Notes: generated by a model from the letters alone, not told the origin. A stretch of 34,487 bases of DNA from Octopus bimaculoides (GCF_001194135.2 NC_068984.1:9302339-9336825); one strand, 5' to 3'; shown: positions 9,549 through 21,163, numbered from the stretch's first letter. Numbers and translations: made by a program.

Positions 9549-9688
9549 TCTTTCAGTTTCTGTCTACCAAATCCCCTCACAAAGCTTTGGCCGGCCCGAG
9601 AAGACTCTTACCCGAGATGCCACGCTGTGGGACTGAACCCGGAACCATGTGGTTGGGAAGCAAATTCCTTACCACGAAGCCACATCTA
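9549..9688 (-). mobile_element. SINE family A 5' part (host of the SINE B insertion)
   Basis: Reverse complement of the family A head (gtggct..gtggtaag..ttcccaaccacatggttccgggttcagtcccac), with a 10-bp deletion. Confidence 0.8.
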
Positions 9689-9697
9689 CCTTCTACC

Positions 9698-9760
9698 AAA
9701 AGGGACCGACAGAATAAGTAGCACATTCTAAACTAAGTACTGGAATTAATATGTTCGACT
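9698..9760 (+). mobile_element. SINE family A tail fragment
   Basis: aaaagggaccgacagaataagta..taagtactgg..ttcgact. Confidence 0.5.
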
Positions 9761-10238
9761 ATACCCTTGCTGCAATGGCAAAAACAAGTGGAAACATTCT
9801 AAAATCGTTTTTTGGCGGAGCGATAAGGGTCCAATCATTTTCATTTGTTTAATTGTGTGAGCAGTAATCTCTAGATAAACTGTGGCCAGTGTTGGCTGAT
9901 GATATTATACAATGCCTGTATGTATGAAAACACTTGGAACACTAGCAGAGCAGACTCCAGAAATCTCTCAACGTGATGAACCAAATAACAAATGAGTGAG
10001 GCTTAGCTTTGAATAAATAACGTTATTCCTCTTTAACTAACAACAGCCTTATGTGCTGTCTTCCGTTTAATTGCATGTCACGCCACTTTGAAACCACAAA
10101 TGTTCGCGTTCGCAAACACACGTAGATGCAAGTGTGTGTTTGTGTGTGTGTGTCTGTGTGTGTGTGTCTGTGTGTGTGTGTGTGTGTAAATATATAATAT
10201 GTGTATGTATATTACGCACACATACACGCACACTCACA

Positions 10239-10280
<42 letters not shown>

Positions 10281-10406
10281 ATATGTATACATAAATATAT
10301 ATAGATATACAAACAGATATATATATATACATACACACATATATATATATATATAAATATATATATATATAAATATATATAGATATATATATATACTCTA
10401 CTCTTC

Positions 10407-10478
10407 ACTCACAAAGCTTTGGCCGGCCCGAGACTATAATAGAAGACTCTTACCTGAGATGCCACAGTGTGGGATTGA
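10407..10478 (-). mobile_element. SINE family A fragment
   Basis: ctcacaaagctttggccggcccgagactataatagaagac..gccacagtgtgggattgaa. Confidence 0.7.
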
Positions 10479-11558
10479 ATGCATATATATATTCCTTCAG
10501 ATACAAAAATATCCCAAGTTAATTCAATATATATATATATATGTGTACATTTGTATACATACATCCATGCAAACATGCATATATACATACATATACACAT
10601 ACATACATACATNNNNNNNNNNTACATACATACATACATATACATATATATATTCTCACTCCTATGTGTGTGTGTATATATATATATATGTGTACATTTG
10701 TATACATACATCCATGCAAACATGCATATATACATACATATACACATACATACATACATATACACATACATACATACATGCATACATACACTGTTCTTTG
10801 TCTGTGTACAGTTTCAATCTCACAAACACATTTGTTTTGTTTATTTTTTGCATATTGTCCTCCTCCACATCAGCCTATCTCTCCTCTCTCTCTCTCTCTA
10901 TCTCTCTCTCTCCCTCACACTCTCTCTCCGCCATAGTCATTTATCTCCACTCATACTACCACTGTTTCTCTTCATCGACCTTACACCACATCTCTCTCTC
11001 TCTCTCTCTCTCTCCCTCCATCTCCTCCACCTTCTCCTCTCGCTACACCCACCATCACCTTAATACATCTTTCTCTGCTCTTGGGTCTCTCTCTATTTGT
11101 GGTGGTTACGCTTAGAGGGGCTTATACTATGAGCAGCTCGTACAAGAAAGTAAGATTTATCGCCATTAGCGTCTGGCCAGTACTGATTACATCGGCTGTG
11201 ATAAACCTGCCATAACAGACAAATATATCGTCCCATGCTTCACGTATTCCTACATTTTATAGCGCGGCATTTCTTTCAGAAATTAGATATTTTCTTTGCA
11301 GATCTTTTATTGTAAACCTTTCGTTTCTTTCTCGCTTTTTTTATGTTTATTTCAATGTTTTACTTCTCACAAGAGTCTACTCCCAAACTCACACAGAATG
11401 ACTCCCTCCATTAAACTACTGCACCAAAACACTACCTTTTCTCTTTCTCTCTCTCTCTCTCTCTCTCAGTATTTATCTATCTATCTTCCATTTTCTCTCT
11501 TTTTCTTAACTCTTCCTCCTTCACAATCTCATTTTCTTTTTCTATTACATCTAAACTA

Positions 11559-11712
11559 CAGGGTGTTCAAAAAGTCTCTCCGCAGTGAGTTTTTCCATCC
11601 TACGCATGCGCAACTTGGTTATCACTGCGCGGGCGGCCGGCTATCAGCCATGATATAAATTACGTATTTTTCAATAAAATACTTACTGCGGAGAGACTTT
11701 TTGAACACCCTG
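11559..11712. mobile_element. Tc1/mariner-type MITE, 154 bp
   Basis: Perfect 28-bp TIRs CAGGGTGTTCAAAAAGTCTCTCCGCAGT (11559-11586, 11685-11712); TA TSD at 11557-58 and 11713-14. Confidence 0.95.
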
Positions 11713-11843
11713 TATATTTGTCTCCATCCGGCTCGAATACATTTGTGATTATTTTAATTTCAACTTTCGAAACAGATAGAAAACATAATCGGCAGAGCAT
11801 CGAATTAGACTCCTTGTTACACTTAATTGTGTTCCCTTTGGTA

Positions 11844-11907
11844 CTGAGTTCAAATTTCGCCTAACATTTCATATTCTAGGGATCGACTTTGCGTTTCATC
11901 CTTTCCG
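11844..11907 (+). mobile_element. SINE family B degenerate fragment
   Basis: B-box GAGTTCAAATTT, then tcgactttgc.tttcatcctttc. Confidence 0.5.
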
Positions 11908-12329
11908 CTTTCAAAATCTATGTAGCAGTCAAGGACTGGAATCATTACCATGGAAACCAACTCTCCTAGCCAAAATGGCGCTCTGTGTCAGAAATAATTG
12001 TTTCTGTTATATTTAAGAGTATGAAGTCGTAGAAGCGGTTGACTGACACAAATTAGATTGTGATACAGATTTTCCTACCTATATATAGACAGATATAGAC
12101 TTTCCTGCACATGATCGATAAATTAAATACCAATCATAAACCATGAACTGAATCGATATAATTTCCACTCTCTCTCTCCATCTCATACACACACACTCTC
12201 TTTTTATCTATATAGCTCTCTCTCTCTCTCTGTCTCTCTCTCACACACATGCATACATACATACATATATACATACATAAAAATGTAAATATATATGAGC
12301 ATTTATAGATATGCAACTATATGCATGAC

Positions 12330-12526
12330 AATACATACATAAAACATACAAATCTGCACATACATACATTATATATACATACATACATACATACATATAT
12401 ACACACATACATGCATACATCCATACATACAGACATACATACATACATACATACATACATACATGCATGCATACATGCGTACATACATACATACATACAT
12501 ACATACATACATACATACATACATAC
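12330..12526. repeat. (TACA)n degenerate microsatellite
   Basis: Directly visible. Similar arrays at 12945-13027, 19866-20190 and 24480-24783. Confidence 0.95.
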
Positions 12527-12616
12527 AAACCCTGTTGTTGATGTTGAAATTCCAATGAAGGAGCCTTGGATCTAGATTAGAAACCGGTTCTTTCTCTCTT
12601 GGCAAGAAATCTTGAA
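12527..12616 (-). mobile_element. Probable retroposon 3' end with (GTAT)n tail
   Basis: A GC-richer 90-bp block abuts the tetranucleotide array in the same geometry as the RTE fragment at 13027. Family is not determinable from this window. Confidence 0.35.
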
Positions 12617-13026
12617 GGGAACATAAAGCTGAAGATCAGTGAAAAGAGAATACATACGTTGAACTATTGAGAAATCTACAATTACTCTATCCTGATTACC
12701 AGTTCAGGTTTATACCTGTAATTATTGGGGCCCTGGGATATGTAACACACTGCCTAAATACCAGTCTTGAGAAATTAGGCTTTTCAAAACCAGAAAGGAG
12801 AAAACTGATTCGATGACTGCAGATCCAAGCCATCACTGGAACTCTAAAAGCCTGTAAAACTTTCCAAAAGTTTATCATTTAAATATATATATGAGTATGT
12901 CTAGATATGTAACACTATGCATGAGAATACATGCATAAAACAAAACATACATGCACACATACATACATGCATGCATACATGCACACATACATACATACAT
13001 ACATACATACATACATACATACATAC

Positions 13027-13460
13027 ATGATAGCCGTCCACTGGAAGAAAACCATTACACTCCCTTAAGAACTCTGTGCGCTCGAGATTATCATGTACTT
13101 TACACTTGCAGCTCTGTTCGTGACTAACGAGCCCTACTCTTGACAAACATACTCGACTGCAGACATTGCGGACCAAGCTTTCCCTACTCGTTACACAAAC
13201 AATGCGTTTCCGAGCAGCACCCTTCACGACAAATACGTGTTCTTTCAAAGGTATCGACTCCTTCCTTTACCTGTTTCCTCCATCCGTGGCGATGACAAGC
13301 ATTTCTCTCTCAGTCAGCCTCCCGCATTTCACAGGCGTTTAATGAGAACTTTACACAGTCCTTAAATCTCTGTCTTGGCTTCTGACAGGGTCACTTTCCG
13401 CTAACAAGTTCCCCATATAGCATCTGCTTAAGGATCCTGCTATCATTCATTCTAACACGT
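13027..13460 (-). mobile_element. RTE-clade LINE 3' fragment (decayed ORF2 C-terminus)
   Basis: Minus strand RVRMNDSRILKQMLYGELVSGK*PCQKPRQRFKDCVKFSLNACEMREAD*ERNACHRHGWRKQVKEGVDTFERTR, then VCSRVCLSRVGLVSHEQSC. These match the RTE-type (R/H)VxRM..DxRxPKxxLYGEL..RF/YKD..W segment and the C-terminal CxRxCxSRxGLxSHxRxC motif. Followed by a (GTAT)n tail. Confidence 0.85.
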
Positions 13461-13797
13461 TTTTAGTATTTCGTTCTACTTTTTTTCCTTCATTCTCTAC
13501 ATCACATGAATCTATCTTTTAACACACTGCCTAACTTTGTATCTTTGTATCATATCGAGTTACTTCCTAATTGACAAAAAACGCCATCTTAGCTTTCTAA
13601 CATCGCCAGGCTAGAATAACAAAAAAATATTAAATTTCTTAGAGACGACGATCTTGCAGCTTCTGGAAGGCAAGTTTGCAAGACATTATTCTGCAATCCA
13701 CACGATTCTGCCTTCAGTGCTTAGATGGATTGAATGTTCCATTATTATCAAAGCTGAGTTAATAATTTCACTATCCTCTAATCATCATCTCCATGAT

Positions 13798-13837
<40 letters not shown>

Positions 13838-14078
13838 GCGTGTGTGTGTCTGTCTGTTTTCTAGTTAATCTCTAGTTCATTACATTTAAACTATGATTGC
13901 TCACTCATGCAGTCAGCTCATTTAGGATAATTATTTTTTTGCTCATGGCCTTCGGGTTCTCTAATGAATACTAATCATTTATAGCCGATAGTAATTTGTG
14001 TACATTATGCATTTCATCTCTCCCTCTCCCTCTCTCCCCCTTTCACTTTCCAACTCTCTTTCTCTCACTCTGTATATG

Positions 14079-14117
<39 letters not shown>

Positions 14118-14847
14118 NNNNNNNNNNNNNNNNNNNNNNNNNNNNNNNNNNNNNNNNNNNNNNNNNNNNNNNNNNNNNNNNNNNNNNNNNNNNNNNNNNN
14201 NNNNNNNNNNNNNNNNNNNNNNNNNNNNNNNNNNNNNNNNNNNNNNNNNNNNNNNNNNNNNNNNNNNNNNNNNNNNNNNNNNNNNNNNNNNNNNNNNNNN
14301 NNNNNNNNNNNNNNNNNNNNNNNNNNNNNNNNNNNNNNNNNNNNNNNNNNNNNNNNNNNNNNNNNNNNNNNNNNNNNNNNNNNNNNNNNNNNNNNNNNNN
14401 NNNNNNNNNNNNNNNNNNNNNNNNNNNNNNNNNNNNNNNNNNNNNNNNNNNNNNNNNNNNNNNNNNNNNNNNNNNNNNNNNNNNNNNNNNNNNNNNNNNN
14501 NNNNNNNNNNNNNNNNNNNNNNNNNNNNNNNNNNNNNNNNNNNNNNNNNNNNNNNNNNNNNNNNNNNNNNNNNNNNNNNNNNNNNNNNNNNNNNNNNNNN
14601 NNNNNNNNNNNNNNNNNNNNNNNNNNNNNNNNNNNNNNNNNNNNNNNNNNNNNNNNNNNNNNNNNNNNNNNNNNNNNNNNNNNNNNNNNNNNNNNNNNNN
14701 NNNNNNNNNNNNNNNNNNNNNNNNNNNNNNNNNNNNNNNNNNNNNNNNNNNNNNNNNTATATTCGAAAAGAATCCATTAATAACTTTTCGTATCTATACA
14801 TACATATATATATAGAGAGAGAGAGATATATATAGCTATAGATATAG

Positions 14848-14893
<46 letters not shown>

Positions 14894-15262
14894 TTGCTTA
14901 CCAACCACATGGTTCCGAGTTCAGTCCCACTGCATGGCACCTTGGGCAAGTGTCTTCTACTATAGCCCCGGGCCGGCCAAAGCCGTGTGAGTGGGTTTGA
15001 ATGACGGAAACTGAAAGAAGCCCGTCGTATATATGTATATATATGTGTGTTTGTGTGTCTGTGTTTGTCCCCCCAAAATCGCTTGACAACCGAAGTTGGT
15101 GTGTTTACGTCCCCGTAACTTAGCGGTTCGGCAAAAGAAACCGATAGAATAAGTACTAAGCTCCCAACGAATAAGTCCTGGCGTCTGCTCGCCTAAAAGC
15201 GGTGCTCCAGCATGGCCGAAGTCAAATGACTGAAACAAGTAAAAGAGTAAAGAGTAAGAGTA
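14894..15262 (+). mobile_element. SINE family A, about 25 nt 5'-truncated
   Basis: B-box GAGTTCAGTCCC, short internal microsatellite, 3' gcggtgctccagcatggccg.agtcaaatgactgaaacaagtaaaagagtaaagagtaagag tail. Confidence 0.9.
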
Positions 15263-15274
15263 TACACACACACA

Positions 15275-15306
<32 letters not shown>

Positions 15307-15609
15307 NNNNNNNNNNNNNNNNNNNNNNNNNNNNNNNNNNNNNNNNNNNNNNNNNNNNNNNNNNNNNNNNNNNNNNNNNNNNNNNNNNNNNNNNNNNNNN
15401 NNNNNNNNNNNNNNNNNNNNNNNNNNNNNNNNNNNNNNNNNNNNNNNNNNNNNNNNNNNNNNNNNNNNNNNNNNNNNNNNNNNNNNNNNNNNNNNNNNNN
15501 NNNNNNNNNNNNNNNNNNNNNNNNNNNNNNNNNNNNNNNNNNNNNNNNNNNNNNNNNNNNNNNNNNNNNNNNNNNNNNTATATATATATATATATATACA
15601 TGCATATGC

Positions 15610-15640
<31 letters not shown>

Positions 15641-16455
15641 CATATGCATATACATATATGTATGTATGTATATACACATACATTTACATATATACACATG
15701 AGGTTAGGCATTTCTCTCCGCGTTGTTACTGTGTTAGTTTTTCTCTGGGCTATATGTTTCACGTATATATCAACTCCCCGCTATATTCCCCCCAACGAAA
15801 ATTTCCTTCAACAAAATATCGACGCTTGGACGAGTTGATACATTTACCTTCAAGTTCTTCAAGCATCACTGCTGATTTCTTGCATTTAATAGCACCATTC
15901 CAATCAACCGTTCTCATAATCTACATACTTTATTTCTTCTCTATACAAGGGACCAATTGACAGGAATATACGACGCTGTCTTTGTTTCTTTCGTAAACAG
16001 TCGACATTATATTTAGCAATTCGAAACAATTCTATGCTGTCTTCCAATACTTCTAATAATTGGACGCTATTGATAGCATACTATCATTATTTAATATGCC
16101 CAACTAGAAGAAAGTTGCTTGGCTGCGATTTTTCTGTTTGTTTGTTTATTTGAATGTTTGCACGAGTGATCGCTCTCGTATTCTGAAACTACTGAAGCTA
16201 AAATGTCTAAAAATATTTTCAATAAATTCTGAGAAAATTAAAAGAATTCTTTTTTTATTCTTTTCTGTGATTTTTCTTTTTTTCTCTTTTACTTTTCCAG
16301 TGATTTAGATATTTGGATATGGCGTACGTGGATTCAACATGAGATTTGCTGCACGAACTAAAAGCCAGGCAAAAGCATTTAGACGTAAAATGAAACTCAG
16401 AAGAAATACGTCACACACAGGAGCAACACAGTTTCTTAGCGACTGTAATATATAA

Positions 16456-16667
16456 TGGTTTCAAATTTTTGCACAAGGCCAGCAATTTTGGGAGAGGGGT
16501 AAATTGATTACATCGACCCAAGTGTTCAAGTGGCACTAATATTATCGATCTCAAAAGGATGAATGCAAAGTCGCGCTCGACGGAATTTGAACTCAGGATG
16601 TGAAGACGGACGAAATGTCGCTAAGCATTTTGCACGGCGTGCTAACGATTCTGCCACCACCCGCCTT
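16456..16667 (-). mobile_element. SINE family B (tail 2 variant)
   Basis: Reverse-complement head gcgggtggtggcagaatcgttagcacg, B-box GAGTTCAAATTCC, tail ggccttgtgcaaaaatttgaaacca. Confidence 0.8.
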
Positions 16668-16681
16668 GATTTATTATAATA

Positions 16682-16919
16682 CAGGGTGTTCAAAACGTCT
16701 CTCCGCAGGAAGTATTTAATGGTTTTTCGGGCGATTCTTTTACACTGAACCTTTACTTGCTCCCCAGAAACAAAAAAATCTGGCGGTGTTAAATCGGGTG
16801 ATCTTGGTGGCCAAAGTCCCTTCGAAATAATCCGTTCACCGAAACATTCGTGAAGTAGCGCCATGGTGATGCGCAGGAGGAAAGAAAATTCACTGCGGCC
16901 AGACTTTTTGGACATCTTA
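16682..16919 (-). mobile_element. Internally deleted Tc1/mariner-superfamily element retaining a transposase fragment
   Basis: TA (16680-81) plus TIR CAGGGTGTTCAAAAcGTCTCTCCGCAG; degenerate second TIR at 16892-16919 (22/28 to the MITE TIR). Minus-strand peptide CFGERIISKGLWPPRSPDLTPPDFF carries the WPPRSPDL motif of Tc1-like (maT/rosa-type) transposases. Confidence 0.85.
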
Positions 16920-16980
16920 AAACTTCACTTAGGTACGAGTTGTTAGAGAAATATTTCATTTTGGTGCGAAATGTCTTGAT

Positions 16981-17144
16981 TTTTCTAGTCTAGGCGCAAG
17001 GCCGGAAATTTTGGGGGAGAGGGCAAGTCGATTAGATCCACCCCAGAAGGCAACTGGTACTTGATTTATTGAACCCGAAAGGATGAAAGGCAGAGTCGAC
17101 CTCGGCATAATTTGAACTCAGAACATAAAGACAGACAAAATACC
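16981..17144 (-). mobile_element. SINE family B, tail 2, head interrupted
   Basis: Body and tail 2 are present; the minus-strand copy begins at GGTATTTTGTC, directly after the tail of the next copy. Confidence 0.8.
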
Positions 17145-17375
17145 TTTTTCTTTACTGCCCACAAGGGGCTACACACAGAGGGGACAAACAAGGACAGACA
17201 AACGGATTAAGTCGATTTTATCGACCCCAGTGCGTAATTGGCACTTAATTTATCGACCCCGAAAGGATGAAAGGCAAAGTCGACCTCGGCGGAATTTGAA
17301 CTCAGAACGCAGTGGCAGACGAAATACCGCTAAGCATTTCGCCCGGCGTGCTAACGTCACCGCCAGCTCACCGCC
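17145..17375 (-). mobile_element. SINE family B, full length, tail 1
   Basis: Very similar to 9309-9540 along its whole length. Confidence 0.9.
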
Positions 17376-17519
17376 TTGGTGAGATGTCTTGATGCCAAGG
17401 CCAACAACTCTTTAACCGCTGTGTGTACAATGTTTTGTAATTAAGGACGTGTCGAGTGTATGCAGACATATGAATGAGTGAATGAGTGAGGAGTGGGTGA
17501 GTGAGTGACTGACTGGCTG

Positions 17520-17554
<35 letters not shown>

Positions 17555-18877
17555 ATGCGTGTGGTGTGTATGTCAGGTGAATGAGGACCTGTTGATGATG
17601 GATGAAAAAAAGTGGAAAAAATTGGAAGATTTGAGTAAGAAAATAGAAATAGAGGTGTTTATATAACACCATTGGGGGAATATGAACTATTCTGAAATTG
17701 AAAACGGAAAGCCATAATTAAATATGTAATACTTTTAGGCAAAAATTATAGAACCGAAAATCAGTTAAAGACAATAATAAGAACAAATAAATATGTGTGT
17801 ATAGTCATCATTTGAGACTAGAAGAAAAAAATCATGAAAAAATTAATAGAAGTGTAATAAAATAGAAACCGCCTCGGAAGAGAAAAGAACAAGAATATAA
17901 ATAAAATAATATGAAGGTGCATAAAGTTAAAAATAAATAAATGGAAATAAAAATTTCAACAAAATAGTCAGATGAATAAAGAAAAGGGAGACAATAAATA
18001 GCTAAAAAGAATAATAAACCATTAAAATAGAAGATAAGCTAAAGTTAGAAACCACACTTACCCGATAGAGAAAAGGGAAAAAAACAAAACAAAGAGAAAA
18101 GAAACATGTGTGTGTGAAAAAATACCCTGAAGTCATCTCGATAAATCTTTTATGTAAGATATTTAGCTGGAAATCACAAGTCCACTTTAAAAGTATTTAG
18201 CAGCTTACTGGAATAATAATCAGGTGGGACGCCGAGTTGGTTGACGAAACGGGAAATATGCACTTGTTCCTATAAAAGAAAACAGACAGAGCCATAGCGT
18301 ATTAATATACGCATCCAAAGAAAGTGCGTATGTTAATACCCGACGGCCAAATGTGTTACGCTGTCAAGTGGTTAGTTGAAGGGAAAGGCGAAAAGCGAGA
18401 AAATAGTATTGGCTGTGAGAGATGGGAGAGAAGGGTGGGCATTATGTTATATGGTTAACTAGCGAGTTAAAGGAAGTGGTGGCGTGGAAGAGGGAGAGGG
18501 GAAGAGAGAGTGATTGAGTAAGAGAGAAATAGAGGAAGAGAGAGAGGGGGAGAGAGAGAAATAGAGGAAGAGAGAGAGAGAGAGGGGCTTAGTGTGTGTT
18601 TAAGAAGAATGCGAGAGTAGAAAGCAGATACATGGTTTTAAACATCATATAATGCCATATTGTGACTGACAATAAAAATATAATTTAGTTGTTATAGGTT
18701 TTGAGGTTGAAATATCAGGTAGAAGACAGAAAGGCGGATTGTTTGATATTTCGATAGATACGAGTTATATTAAAGCGATATAACTTTGGTAAGCAAACAA
18801 TTGTGGACCCCACTCGGTATTTACTCGCTTACTGGTTCTATCCCCAAAGATTGTAGCCATATTGGAGTACCGTCGTT

Positions 18878-19231
18878 ATTACCACCGCCTTAGCGAATGT
18901 GGAGGTATTATTTTCAGTCGTGTTTGTTTGTCTCAAGAACCGCTGGATGAATTTGGATGAAACTTTCAGGGATGTTTGGCCTCATGACTGGCATGAACAG
19001 ATTAGATTTTGGGATTGAACTGGTACCAGACAAGGATTCTGGATTATTTTTCCTGTTTTTTTTTTTACTTTATTTTTGAGAGAGGTCAGGTTCATTTTTA
19101 GTATTCTCGTTTGTGAGAGCAGTCGAGTTTATTTCAGATGTTCTCATTTTAAAAATCATCTATATTAATTGTTGAGAGGACGTTGGTGTTGCCTTGGCGG
19201 AGGTTTGGCTCTCTGAGTGCTTTTGTTCAGT
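18878..19231 (+). mobile_element. Probable Helentron-type non-autonomous element (HINE/DINE-like)
   Basis: 5' ACCACCGCC (18881-89) inverted against 3' GGCGGAGGT (19196-204); 5' hairpin accaccgc..gtggaggt; tgtttgtttgtc tract; 3' ccttggcggaggt..ctctctgagtgc. This is the subterminal-IR layout of Helentron-associated elements, assigned from recalled similarity. Confidence 0.55.
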
Positions 19232-19304
19232 TTGTTTTACATCTAAATGCTTATCTGTATTGTCAAATCATATACACATTATCTCAAGAAACAGAAAAAA
19301 TATA

Positions 19305-19510
19305 TTACATTGGTGCATAATTATTGCGGCTATTTTTCTATAAAGTTTATTCAACAAAACATTTTAACAAAACGCCAATCAAAAATTGAAGTAGATGGTG
19401 AATATGCTCCGGAGTAATCATTTCAAGATGTTTTTGTTAAATGTTGTTCTTGTTTTTATTGAATAAAATTTGTTGAAAAAAAAAGCCGCAATAATTATGC
19501 ACTAACCCAA
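19305..19510. mobile_element. Mariner-type MITE
   Basis: TIRs tt(aca)ttggtgcataattattgcggct and agccgcaataattatgcactaacccaa; TA at 19303-04 and 19511-12. The TIR resembles mariner/MADE-type TTAGGTTGGTGC ends. Confidence 0.8.
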
Positions 19511-20836
19511 TACAGTTTTTAAAATAACCGTGAAATTTCCACAAGTGCTGCTTGTGTAACTTTATTGCATTGCAATTGTGAGGTCTGAATGTGATGCCCT
19601 TTTTGGTGCTAACGGAAAAAATTGTGGATAGAAATGTATCTCAATAGAATAGGGAAAAAGCCAAGGTAGACACGAACCAAAACTCCTGAATTATTCCATT
19701 CTGATCTGCCACACAACCAAAATCTACAATTCTCAAAATCCTAAGAATAATCTACACGTAAAAGTGTGCAACTGTAATGATGTTATGCCGTATGGAGCTT
19801 GTCATCTCCATTTTGAATTTCAGAGGGGGTGTTTTGCAAGCAATTGTCAGGATAACAACATGGCAATGTATGTATGTATGTATGTGTGTATGTATGTATG
19901 TATATATGTGTGTATGTATGCATGTATGTATGCATGTATGTATGCATGCATGCATGTATGTATGTGTGTATGTGTGTATGTATGTACGTGTGTATGTATG
20001 TATCTATGTATGTATGCGTGTATGTATGCATGTATGTATGTATGCATGTATGTATGTGTGTATGTGTGTATGTATGTATGTGTGTATGTATGTATTTATG
20101 TATGTATGNNNNNNNNNNTGTATGTGTGTATGTATGTATGTGTGTATGTATGTATTTATGTATGTATGTATGTATGTATGTATGTATATATGCACGCGTA
20201 CATTTCTCTCCCAAACTTTCTTTTTAAATCTTTGGATGCTTCTACGTAATAGATGGAATCAACCTGCTGGACATAGTAACCAAATTTTCCTCATATCCCC
20301 CTCTTTCGGTTTGTATAGTGTTGTATGGGTTACTCTTAAGCCTGATAACAGACAGGTTAGTCATGGGTAGTATGCAGTTGAACACAGATTTGTTTAATCA
20401 CACCAAACAGTGACATCTTTATAAAGTAACCACTGAATGATGTCATACAGTTAATTACTTCTCCATATTTAATCTGATTCAGCTAACGTGTTCTTCCATA
20501 TGTTGGATATCTTCCAAAAGATTATCTACACCAGCCATTGAATAGAAGCCTTCAATTATTCAATGTCAAACACTAGCTTCCCGCCTCATACACGTACATG
20601 TATTGTGCTTATTCGACATCCGCTGATAAAGTTCTGCGGGGAAAGGCGTCCATATCCGGAAGGGAGGAACTTAGCTGTAATCATCTGAATGCTCTAAACT
20701 CAGATATCGAACCTGCATCGTCCACTCCAACTGTCATGTACTCATTTTACTATTTAGTCTTACTGAGAAGAAGCTTCCACGAGGTCTCTCAAACAGCTAG
20801 AAACAGCAGCAAAATCGCTCTCAAATCACAATTTTG

Positions 20837-20940
20837 TTTTATCTTTTATGTTTGCCTTGTTACAGACAGTAGACTGCAGCCATGCTGGGGCACCGCGTTC
20901 AAGAATTTGTAGTTGAACGAATTCACCCAAGTATTTTTTT
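20837..20940 (-). mobile_element. SINE family A 3' end
   Basis: agactgcagccatgctggggcaccgc.ttcaagaatt plus ttttatctttta tail; runs into a gap. Confidence 0.7.
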
Positions 20941-21040
20941 NNNNNNNNNNNNNNNNNNNNNNNNNNNNNNNNNNNNNNNNNNNNNNNNNNNNNNNNNNNN
21001 NNNNNNNNNNNNNNNNNNNNNNNNNNNNNNNNNNNNNNNN

Positions 21041-21083
<43 letters not shown>

Positions 21084-21163
21084 TAAATGGTTTTATGTTT
21101 TAAAGCCAAAACAATGCGGGTTATAAGAAGTAATACATGTCGATGGTTTGTACTTTATCTTGC

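Noticed and set aside
10519-10770. About 90-bp duplication around a 10-N gap (likewise around 20109-20118)
   Set aside because: Identical sequence on both sides of a nominal 10-N gap is typical of unmerged contig overlap.
16306-16455. Frame IFGYGVRGFNMRFAARTKSQAKAFRRKMKL after a strong pyrimidine tract
   Set aside because: The best acceptor (16300) gives stops or a short frame, there is no good donor, and no family is recognised.
20595-20690. Minus-strand FLPSGYGRLSP resembling a K+ channel GYG filter
   Set aside because: It lacks the TxxTxGYG context and flanking helices, and the splice signals are weak.
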